This document shows, one piece after another, positions 1-8,291 of a DNA stretch of 11,635 nt (position 1 is the stretch's first letter; the number at the start of each line of letters is the position of its first letter). The notes beneath the pieces were generated by a model. The model did no database searches and was not told the DNA's origin. It saw only the letters and a list, made by a program, of their open reading frames with translations. The translations under genes were made by a program, and so were the position numbers. Origin of the DNA: Octopus sinensis (taxonomy: Eukaryota); contig NW_021827293.1 of the NCBI RefSeq assembly GCF_006345805.1, positions 1 to 11,635 of the forward strand. Direction: 5' to 3'.

Positions 1-447
1 GGAAAATGTGTTGCGAAAATGCACTTAAATTTCAAAAATTCGTAAATGTTTAAAATACATTTACTTACATATATACCAAACTAGTTTCAACAATATTTTT
101 TTTTATCAATGGTAAAAGTGTAAAATAAGAAAAACATCGTTATAAGTTTCAATGTTGACAAATCAAAATATTTAAATGTTGACAAACTGAAATGTTTCAA
201 TGTTGATTTTAATTTAACAACATTGAAACATTTCAATTTAACAACATTGAAAGATTTCAGTTTGTCAACATTAAACATTTTGATTTATCAACATTGAAAC
301 TTATAACGATGTTTTTCTAATTTTACACTTTTACCATTGATAAACAAAAAATATTGTTGAAACTAGTTTGGTATATATGTAAGTAAATGTATTTTAAACA
401 TTTACGAATTTTTTTAATTTAAGTGCATTTTCAGCAACACATTTTCC
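1..447. repeat. Long fold-back palindrome (arms about 205-230 bp; left arm cut by the window edge) with internal 24-bp tandem subrepeats; probable transposon-derived element
   Basis: 1-30 GGAAAATGTGTTGCGAAAATGCACTTAAAT is the near-perfect reverse complement of 417-447, and pairing continues with few mismatches to a centre at about 206-217. Units of about 24 bp (AATTTAACAACATTGAAACATTTC) lie at 211-234, 235-258, 259-281 and 282-300, with inverted copies at about 146-206. Confidence 0.9.
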
Positions 448-622
448 TATATATTTCTTTTCCGTGTGGAAAACACCACACCTTCTACTATATATATAAT
501 ATAACAAAAACGCAATAGAAGGCATTAAAACGTTCGGACAGAATAGACGATACAAAGGCGGACAAGAGAAACAACAACAATTAGGACAGGCCAAAATGAC
601 GGGTATTTTGGTTTTCATTCAT

Positions 623-638
623 CATATATATATATATA

Positions 639-685
<47 letters not shown>

Positions 686-695
686 TATATATATA

Positions 696-789
<94 letters not shown>

Positions 790-850
790 TGCATTATGTA
801 GGTATATATATAATATATGTGAGTGTGTGTGTGTGTGTATATACTATATA
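623..850. repeat. (TA)n microsatellite with (TG) interruptions
   Basis: Direct reading. The interruption TATGTATATGTGTGTATA occurs twice about 57 bp apart (near 637 and 694). Confidence 0.97.
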
Positions 851-910
851 AAACATGAGTATGCCATACTTTATATGGCAATACTCGTGTGGTCAAACTG
901 ACAAGGGGAA

Positions 911-974
911 AACAACAACAAAAACAACTACTATTGCAGCTGCTGCCGCTACTGCCGCCGCCATTGCCACCACC

Positions 975-1048
<74 letters not shown>

Positions 1049-1095
1049 CGCTGCTGTTGCTGCTACTACTAGCACCACCAGCACCGAAAGTTACT
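911..1095. repeat. Compound trinucleotide microsatellite (ACA)/(GCT,GCC)/(CCA)/(CTA)n
   Basis: Direct reading; pure (CTA)n core at about 984-1046. It explains the poly-T/L/S/V ORFs in the track. Confidence 0.95.
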
Positions 1096-1341
1096 AAAGT
1101 ATATTGCAGAGTGAAGAAATAACCATAAACGAAATTCTGCTGTGAGGGACGAAGGGGTTTGTTGCTGTTGTTTTTGTTTAACACTAGGTCAACCGTATTC
1201 AAGCAGGCTTTATAAGCATATGTATTAGTTGTGCGAGTAGTGAGTGAGTTGGTCCTTATTTCTAGCAGGTCAGTCAGCCACGTAGAGGCGCGTTATTGTG
1301 AGAGGTGTGACGGGGTTTGGTGACATGTCCTATTGTGATAA

Positions 1342-1810
1342 AATGAAGTGGAAGAGGTGGAGTTGGAAGGGGGGAGATGAGAAGAGGATTAGGAGGAGGA
1401 GGAGGAGGAGGAGGAGAAGAAGAGAGAGAACGAGAGGAAAGGAGGTTGAGAGAAAGAGAAGCGAAAGGAGAAAAGATGAGAGAAAGAAAGAGAAAGAGAG
1501 AAAGCGAGAGAGAGAGAGAAGAGTTAGAGAGGGAATGATGAATAGAAATAGAAAGCGAAAAGAAAGAGGAAAGAAGAGGAAAGAGACTGAGGAGAAAAGG
1601 GAGGATAGATGAGAGAGAGAGAGAGGGAGAGAGAGAGAAAGAGAGGGAGAGAGAGAGAAAGAGAGGGAGAGAGGGAGAGAGAGGAGAGAGAAGGAGAGAG
1701 AAAAATATAAGGCTAGGATAAAAAAGGTGAGAAATGAGAAAGGAATAGGTGGGGCAGTGAATGAGAATGTGATTAAGGAAGAGCAAAAGGAATAGTGCTA
1801 AGTAGAGAGA

Positions 1811-1860
<50 letters not shown>

Positions 1861-1910
1861 GGATTAGAGAGAAAAGGACAGAGAGATAAAGAGTAGAGAG
1901 AATGTGGGAG
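1342..1910. repeat. Polypurine low-complexity tract with (GGA)n and (GA)n runs
   Basis: Almost entirely A/G on the + strand; (AGG)n at about 1391-1415, (GA)n-type runs at about 1610-1700 and 1804-1856. Confidence 0.95.
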
Positions 1911-2083
1911 GAACCAAATGGCAAAATATTAAAGAAATTCCGACAGAAAAATAACAAAATAAAATGAAAGACAAGGAGACATATTTTAATCACATGACTA
2001 AGTAATGGCGGCCAAGACTGTTGCCCGAGGCAGAATATAACATTTAGTTATAGAGTTGAGTTTTTAGTGAAATAACAGGTCAT

Positions 2084-2218
2084 AAATTATATACTGTCAC
2101 CATAGTTTTGATAGAGATTGGTTAAATGACATCAGCAAAGAATGAAATCGGTCAAATTTAGTCCAGATCTTTTCTTTCTTTCCTTGTTTTTAGTCGAAAT
2201 TATACATAACTAACCTTA
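2084..2218 (+). repeat. Direct repeat copy 1 (135 bp, identical to 2996-3130)
   Basis: AAATTATATACTGTCACC...ATAACTAACCTTA matches 2996-3130 base for base, offset 912. Confidence 0.97.
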
Positions 2219-2294
2219 ATTTATCCTAATAATTGAAATTATTTAAATATATCCTCTGCTTGATGGTTTCACATGTAAGACATGTCTATTTATA

Positions 2295-2452
2295 GTCGCC
2301 CTGTGAGAAATAGCAGCCAATTTTTTAAAATCATACCATTATGTCTTTAAAAATGAAGAAAATGCATGTAAGATAACGTAACCTTAGCTATAACTTGTCT
2401 GAAAAAAAGAAAAATACTGGATGACCACAGCTGGAGCGTCTTTAATCAAAAG
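2295..2452. mobile_element. Degenerate fragment of an interspersed repeat
   Basis: GAGAAATAGCAGCCAA...GTCTGAAAAAAAG...GGATGACCACAGCTGGA resembles an abundant Octopus repeat I recall. A related short inverted motif (TATTTCTAGCAGGTC) is at 1257-1271. Memory-based only. Confidence 0.35.
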
Positions 2453-2472
2453 ATACAAGAGGCTCTCTGGAT

Positions 2473-2536
2473 GCCGAAGCTGATGATGCACAGGTACGAA
2501 CTGAAGCTGAAATATCTACAGATATTCCTTGACGGC
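2473..2536 (+). ncRNA. Candidate type I hammerhead ribozyme (slightly degenerate), Penelope/retrozyme type
   Basis: Core CTGATGA at 2480-2486 and GAAA at 2509-2512. Stem I: GCCG-AAG (2473-2479) with CTT[GA]CGGC (2528-2536). Stem II: GC/GC plus CAG/CTG. Stem III: TATCT/AGATA (2513-2524), followed by TTC. Deviations are a U opposite U at the base of stem II and one extra U before the cleavage site. Confidence 0.5.
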
Positions 2537-2565
2537 GAAGTCGGTGAACAGTTGCGGTCGCTGTT

Positions 2566-2933
2566 GCTGTTGAGCGAACGGTCCTCGTCCCAGAGCTCGC
2601 AAGATGGGAGAAGTCCGAAACATGGTCCTTTGCTATTCGTAAGACTCGCAGAAGAGAAAACAGGTCAACCCCCGACACCGAGAGCATCGACGGATGGATG
2701 AATGCGCATCCAGGCTCAGCGGTTGCGTAGGAAGTCGGGGACAAGAAACAGGAAGAAAGAGGAAAGTTGGGGCGAAAGAGTACAACATGGGTCGCCACCA
2801 CCCCCGCCGGAGCCTCGTGGAGCTTTAGGTGTTTTCGCTCAATAAACACACACAACGCCCGGTCTGGGAATTGAAACCGCGATCCTACGACCGCGAGTCC
2901 GCTGCCCTAACCACTGGGCCATTTCGCCTCCAC
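2566..2933 (-). mobile_element. Full-length tRNA-derived SINE (family C, 368 bp) with 13-bp target-site duplication
   Basis: Minus-strand head GTGGAGGCGAAATGGCCCAGTGGTTAGGGCAGCGGACTC with A box TGGCCCAGTGG (2911-2921) and B-box-like GGTTTCAATTCCC (2866-2878). Perfect flanking repeat TGCGGTCGCTGTT at 2553-2565 and 2934-2946. CAACAG-type tail. Confidence 0.88.
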
Positions 2934-2995
2934 TGCGGTCGCTGTTCGTTCCCTCTGCTCATCTCTTTAATTAGCTGTCTTCCGGGCTCAGGTGC

Positions 2996-3130
2996 AAATT
3001 ATATACTGTCACCATAGTTTTGATAGAGATTGGTTAAATGACATCAGCAAAGAATGAAATCGGTCAAATTTAGTCCAGATCTTTTCTTTCTTTCCTTGTT
3101 TTTAGTCGAAATTATACATAACTAACCTTA
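2996..3130 (+). repeat. Direct repeat copy 2 (135 bp, identical to 2084-2218)
   Basis: Base-for-base identity with 2084-2218. Confidence 0.97.
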
Positions 3131-4238
3131 GTTTTGGTTCTGGAATATTGCTAAGCGCTCACTACACTCTACCAACTAAAGTATATCGTTAGTAGAAAGT
3201 CAAGTCTCACATTGTATAGAAGTTTTAGTGGACGATATAAACGATGATGGTTTGGGAGTGAATCTGGACAATTTCCAAATGTCCATACGAGGTAATGCTG
3301 TAGTGAGGTGCAGAAGTTTGCTGTTGAGGATTATCTCTACAGGCTTAGTGGTATGGGACCGCCAGCAACAGAACCTGGTCACATGTTGACGAAGCCGCCA
3401 GGTACGCATTCGTTCGGTGTCCGTGCATTTGATGATGTCAAACAGCTGTTATAATGCGCGGGTTGGGTTCGGTTGTCAACTGACTCTATCTTGCACGGAA
3501 GAATGGGCAGTTCTTCCTTTGTCTGGTGGCTAATGTGAAGGAAGTTGTATGGTGGATGCGGTTGAAAGATTCAAAGATCCACCTTTTCCCATCAAGCCAA
3601 ACTCTCACGAACTCTTTCCTGTATCACAGGAGAAGGAAGTTGAGACTAGAGATAAAGGTGCTACCCTATTAAATTTTATTAAGGGTGGATAAAAATGGCG
3701 AAACCGTCATGTCCAAATGGAACCACATTAAGTATGTGGTTGTAAGTTGGCGGCAAGAACTAAAAGACACTAACCTTCATCTTTTTTTTAGTCAGAAGAG
3801 AAGACAGTGTCCATGACCCTTTACAGGGCCTCTAAAATACCAATGGAGGGGGGGGGGAAAGTCACTTTAGATGAGAGATCTGATTCAAATGCATGCAACC
3901 GAGTAGAATCCACTAATGGTACCCAAGGTTGCAGATGATAGCCTTAAACAGGGTGACAAATTAAGTTGAGGGAATTCGCTGGTGTGTGTCAGTTGCTCTT
4001 ATGTGTCATCCTCTGTGGTTGGTCTCCCATATTGAGGAACTTTTTCTTACCTTTCTTGTGCTCTCTACTGTTAGTTTTTTTTCTTTATTGTTAGTTTTAT
4101 TAATTATTTATCAATTAAAGTGGTTTTATTGTTACGACTGATCTCCCCATCATTCTTAACATCAATCCATTCACTCCACCCATTGATTCTTATTTGTTAT
4201 TTTTCTGATGCATATTTGCTTTGTGTCCAATAAAAGAA
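3131..4238 (+). mobile_element. Degenerate 5'-truncated Tx1/L1-clade LINE: ORF2 C-terminus (zf-RVT-like region) plus probable 3' UTR
   Basis: Frameshifted peptides in the expected order: LDNFQMS (3264), VEDYLYRL, DEAARYAFVRCPC (3388; the ET..H.F..CP zinc-knuckle position), VKQLL*CAGWVRLSTDSI (3437), and FFLCLVANVKEVVWWMRLK...LTNSFLYHRRRKLRLEIKVL (3511-3660). A T-rich UTR-like stretch ends in TTGTGTCCAATAAAAGAA (4221-4238). The extent beyond about 3760 is inferred. Confidence 0.7.
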
Positions 4239-4240
4239 CG

Positions 4241-4298
4241 CACCCCCCACCATCATCACCCCCACCGCCACCACCGCCACCACCGCCACCACCGTCAC
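4241..4298. repeat. (CCA/CCG)n microsatellite between two tail-to-tail LINE remnants
   Basis: Direct reading, CCACCGCCACCACCGCCACCACCG. Confidence 0.9.
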
Positions 4299-4990
4299 TA
4301 CTATTTATAAAAAAGCTATTATATGCTAATTTTAAAAGTGCAGGGATATTATCCCGAGGTTTAGTGACGCCAAGTCTCCTCAATTCTCAATAATCTTTCA
4401 CAGGATTCTTGCAGAGTACTGGATGTGGGTCGGCAATGAAAGTTTTATTTCCCAAATTTTAAGTAGCAGTTTAGACGTTGTACCAAAGCATCAATTGCCA
4501 CAAGAATAATTATCACCTTTGTCTTCTACTATCTCTTCGTCTCTCTGTGTTGGAGTTGATATTTTTCATTTCCCCCCAATTTCTTTGGCATTCGCTCTAC
4601 CATCGAATGCTTCTTCAGAGCCTTGCACTGTTTGCTTATTTTGCTCTCTATAACCAAGATGGTTGGATAACGTCCACGACCTCGGTTGGTCTTGCTTGGG
4701 GATCCAACCGGATCAACTGGAGATGGTTGCTTCTGACAGGACCCAATGGAAGGTGTGCTTGAGGAATCTGCCCCTACGATCCCACCAGGCCAGGATTAAG
4801 TGAGCAAAGAGGATGAGATGTGATAACCATGTCTGGTCTTCTTGCTTCAACAGTATGTTCAATCTTTATGGGAGTCCCATAAAATTCTGTAATTCTTTAG
4901 GTCTTCCACAGCCTCTGGTTCTGGTTCGTCTTTAAACTACTTTGTTGATTCTTAGAAACAACACCCACGGTTAACATCCCAATGCACGAT
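4299..4990 (-). mobile_element. Degenerate 3' fragment of an RLE-type non-LTR retrotransposon (R4/Dong/Rex6-like), restriction-like endonuclease domain, interrupted by an RTE insertion
   Basis: Minus-strand peptides with stops and frameshifts: IVHWD (from 4990), EPEAVED...RILWD, HTVEARRPDMVI (catalytic PD motif, 4822-4856), FDGRANAKE...EKYQ, KVIIILVAIDAL/GTT, SARIL*KIIEN*. This is the canonical C-terminal motif order of RLE LINE proteins. Confidence 0.85.
4657..4822 (+). mobile_element. 5'-truncated RTE-clade LINE 3' end (Expander/Rex3-like) with 7-bp TSD
   Basis: Stop-free frame 4654-4803, PRWLDNVHDLGWSCLGIQPDQLEMVASDRTQWKVCLRNLPLRSHQARIK*, fits the RTE C-terminal pattern RW.D...L...A.DR..W. 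Short GATGA-type tail. TSD ATAACCA at 4650-4656 and 4823-4829. Confidence 0.85.
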
Positions 4991-5383
4991 CTTCTTCTTC
5001 TTCTCTTCTTCTTCTTCTTCTTCTTCTTCTTCTTCTTCTCTCTTCTTCTTCTTCTTCTTCTTCCCCTCCTCCTTCCTCTCCTCCTCCTCCTTCTTCTTCT
5101 CCTCCTTTCCTTCTTCTCTTTCCTCCTCCTCCTCCTTTCCTCTTCGTCGTCCTCCTCCTCCACCTCCACCTCACCTCCTCATCTTCTCTTTTCTTCTTCT
5201 TCTTCTTCTTCTTCTTCCTCTCCTCCTCCTCCTCCTCTCCTCCTCTTCCTCTCCCTCTTCCTTCTCTTCTTCCCTCCTCCTCCTTTTCGTCGTCTCTCCT
5301 CCACCTCCACCTCCACCTCCTCATCCATCTCTTTTTCTCTTCTTCTTCTTCTTCTCTCCTCCTCCTCCTCCTCCTCCTCCTCC
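4991..5383. repeat. Polypyrimidine (CTT)n/(CCT)n tract with an internal higher-order duplication
   Basis: Direct reading. TTCGTCGTC...CTCCACCTCCACCTC...CTCCTCATC occurs at about 5143-5183 and 5286-5325. Confidence 0.95.
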
Positions 5384-5742
5384 ATATAACCTAAATTATG
5401 AATTACAGTTTGTTCTCCTTGCTCTAATTATACACTTCAATCTTAATCAGCTGCTTCTGCTTGTTCTTGTTCTTATTCTTCTGGAGGGGAAACCCGACCC
5501 CTCCCCCCCCCCCACATCCTCTACTGTCCCACACTCAAATTAGCACGTTATTGGGTCGCCTATAATGCAACCACCCGGCAAGGCCATTGAGTAACTCTAC
5601 TTCTCCATTCTCTCTCTTTCTTTCATCATTTCTTTCATTCTTTCTTCTCTTCTCTCCTCTCCTCTCTGTTTCTGCGATTTGTTCTTTCGCCTTTCCAGTT
5701 GTCATTAAGTGCTCAAGTCTTCATCTCCTCATTTCACGTTTC

Positions 5743-5744
5743 AA

Positions 5745-5779
<35 letters not shown>

Positions 5780-5812
5780 AAAGCAAGCAAGAAAGAAAGA
5801 AAGAAAGAAAGG
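5743..5812. repeat. (AAAT)n-(AAGC)-(AAAG)n tetranucleotide microsatellite
   Basis: Direct reading. Confidence 0.95.
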
Positions 5813-6112
5813 AAAAAAGAGAAAAAGCAACGTTATTTTCAGACATGTATTATTTCTTTAAATTTGGAAATCTACCACCGAGATTTAGATTTTAATTCAG
5901 CCGAGGGGCAATTCGCAACATCAGTGAATACTACTACGCTCACTGTTTCCTATATCGGTTGGCGACAAAATCCCATTGAAGCATATGGCCGATTGCGAGC
6001 GAGTGTGTCTCATTGACAACGTCCAAAAAGGCAGAAATGCATCTAACGTTCTCGCTGGCCACTGAGAGGGCAATTTTTCATCTCGCTCAGATGTTTGTTG
6101 TGTTCTTTAACA

Positions 6113-6635
6113 TACTCTTTACTCTTTTACTTGTTTCAGTCATTTGACTGCGGCCATGCTGGAGCACCGCCTTTAGTCGAGCAAATCGACCCCGGGACTT
6201 ATTCTTTATAAGCCCAGTACTTATTCTATCGGTCTCTTTTGCCGAACCGCTAAGTTACGGGGACGTAAACACACCAGCATCGGTTGTCAAGCAATGCTAG
6301 AGGGACAAACACAGACACACAAACATATACACACACATACATACATCCCTGCTTCCTTTTCCTGAGCGCCTATTAATAATAATACTGTAATTGTTCCATT
6401 GTTGTTGTTTTTTTGTTTCCCGTTTGGATTAAAATTATATATATATATATATATATATACATACACATATACGACAGGCTTCTTTCAGTTTCCGTCTACC
6501 AAATCCACTCACAAGGCTTTGGTCGGCCCGAGGCTATAGTAGAAGACACTTGCCCAAGTTGCCACGCAGCGGGACTGAACCCGGAACCATGTGGTTGGTA
6601 AGCAAGCTACTTACCACACAGCCACTCTTGCACCT
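6113..6635 (-). mobile_element. tRNA-derived SINE family A, copy 1 (internal microsatellite carries an insert of about 90 bp)
   Basis: Minus-strand head with A-box-like TGGCTGTGTGG and B-box-like GGTTCAGTCCC; tail GAAACAAGTAAAAGAGTAAAGAGTA. High similarity to 9761-10329, lower to 6643-7052 and 10922-11261. Confidence 0.93.
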
Positions 6636-6642
6636 AGTATAT

Positions 6643-7052
6643 TTTCTTTTATCTTTTACTTGCTTCAGTCATTGGACTGCGGCCTTGCTGGAGCACATCC
6701 TTGAAGAAGTTTAGTTGAATGAATCGACCTCAGTACTTCTTTTTTAAAGCCTAGTATTTTAAAGCCAAGTTATGTGGACGTATACACACCAACACAGATT
6801 GTCAAGCGGTGGTGGAGGACACACGCACACACACACACGTACGCACGTACGCACACGCGCGCACACACACACACACATACACACACACGACGCGCTTCTT
6901 TTAGTTTCTGTCAACCAAATCCTCTCACAAAGTCTTTGGCCTGCCTGAGGCTATAGTAGAAGACACTTTCCCAAGGTGCCACGCAGTGAGACTGAACCCG
7001 GAACCTTGTGGATGAGAAGGAATCTATTTACTATACAGCTCCTCCCGTGCCT
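6643..7052 (-). mobile_element. tRNA-derived SINE family A, copy 2 (more diverged, tandem with copy 1)
   Basis: Collinear with copy 1 (TTCAGTCATT.GACTGCGGCC, GAGGCTATAGTAGAAGACACTT, ACTGAACCCGGAACC). Internal deletion near 6760; (CA/CG)n at about 6819-6888. Confidence 0.9.
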
Positions 7053-7446
7053 ATGTCCACAAGAGATGTTTCCGCCGGACAAATACTGCACTAACTAGTC
7101 TATCAACAATGTATATGCATTTAGTATGGTACATAGATAGCTAGATTGTGTGGTGATATTTAGCTACTTACTTTTCAGTTTAAATTCGTTTCCATGTATT
7201 GATCTTCTATGTTATAAAAAATGACAATAAGAAAAATAATCAAACGTAGGAGCTTCTGATAGCGAGTTGATTAAGTAGCATTCGCCAAAATTTTAAAGCG
7301 TATCAATTGAAAAACGGATTATCTATTTAAGTGTTTGTGTTAAAGGGTATTTAGCCTAACAGATCGTCACTGCGGGAATGCAGATCGAACCCCCCCCCCA
7401 TAAAACAAAACAAACAAAAACAATTATCTTTTTTGATATAATATAC

Positions 7447-7603
7447 GCTTAGCGGTATTTTGTCTGTCTTTACGTTCTGAGTTCAAATTCTGTTGAGGTC
7501 GACTTTGCCATTCATCCTTTCGGGACCGATAAAATAAGAACTAGTTGAGCACTGGTGTCGAAATCTACTAAATCTCAGGCCTTGTGCTTATAGTAGAAGG
7601 AGT
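7447..7603 (+). mobile_element. SINE family B fragment (5'-truncated; B box plus Meta-domain-like core)
   Basis: B box GAGTTCAAATTC at 7479-7490. Collinear with 10550-10680. TTCATCCTTTCGGG..CGATAAA.TAAG.AC.AG resembles, from memory, the MetaSINE central domain. Confidence 0.8.
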
Positions 7604-7731
7604 ATCATAGATAAGTTAACACCAATCATTGGTATAATTTATGCAGTTGCTTAGCATGTTGTGTGCCGGGATGTGAAACCGCAAAAGACAGCTACTGTAT
7701 ACACGTAATCTAAGCAAAAACTAGGTAAGGA

Positions 7732-8224
7732 AATTAACTCAGTGTGGCCAGTGGCATGTATTTGAACAATAAAGGCGAATAAGTGTATATCAAATACCAT
7801 ACAACATAAATCCTCGATTTATTAAAATTATCCCCGTCTGTAGATGTATGATAATTACGGAATGGAAAATAAGACCTGCTCCGCTGAGTAGGGGAGGTAA
7901 TTATAAAAATCAAGAATTCTCTGAAGGTGATATATCACGAAGGAAGAGGATGGGTTGTGGACTCATGTTTCTTATTCAAAAGCCTTCGTCATTTTGACAG
8001 TTGTCCGACCTCATCTCCAGCAGCCAAAGGACTTAGACTTATAAAAAAAAAGAAAAAGAAAAAGAGAAGAAAACATTTTTGGTCCAGGAAATGTTCATAA
8101 TATAAAGGAAAATGAGCTGAGAGAAATAACTCATGATGGCCAGTGGCATGCATTGGAACGACATAAAGTAATACAGGGATATCAAATACCATACAACATA
8201 ACTTCCTGATTTATTATCCCTTCG

Positions 8225-8226
<2 letters not shown>
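7732..8226 (+). repeat. Diverged direct repeat pair (about 100 bp; 7732-7838 and 8124-8226; period 392 bp)
   Basis: Identical blocks TGGCCAGTGGCATG (7745-7758 / 8137-8150) and ATATCAAATACCATACAACATAA (7787-7809 / 8179-8201), both at offset 392. Confidence 0.85.

Positions 8227-8288
<62 letters not shown>
8227..8288. repeat. Perfect (GT)31 microsatellite
   Basis: Direct reading. Confidence 0.98.

Positions 8289-8291
<3 letters not shown>

Noticed and set aside
146-300. CRISPR-like array or 8-aa repeat protein (ORF 87-278)
   Set aside because: The 24-bp units are contiguous with no unique spacers, lie inside a palindrome, and the context is eukaryotic.
581-1993. Long ORFs (195 aa, 239 aa and the poly-IY, poly-T, poly-L, poly-R frames)
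   Set aside because: They are translations of (TA)n, triplet and (GA)n repeats that lack stops by composition; no domain or splice support.
2860-2933. tRNA gene (also considered at 6560-6635 and 10255-10329)
   Set aside because: A and B boxes are present, but no complete cloverleaf is evident and each continues into a SINE body; these are SINE heads.
2442-3017. ORFs of 137, 76 and 62 aa
   Set aside because: They cross the TSD-defined boundary of a tRNA-derived SINE, so they are chance frames in GC-rich repeat DNA.
2084-3130. LTR or TRIM retrotransposon
   Set aside because: The repeats lack TG...CA ends, and no PBS, PPT or flanking TSD was found; kept only as an unexplained duplication.
3200-3409. 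69-aa minus-strand ORF, briefly considered Penelope-like
   Set aside because: The plus strand gives an ordered series of Tx1 ORF2 motifs; this ORF is the antisense shadow.
4897-5389. Poly-E/R/K and poly-L/S/F ORFs
   Set aside because: Products of the (CTT)/(CCT) tract.
5890-6110. Unique-looking stretch after TTTTAATTCAG as a possible exon
   Set aside because: All three plus frames close within about 120 nt, there is no convincing donor and no recognisable peptide.
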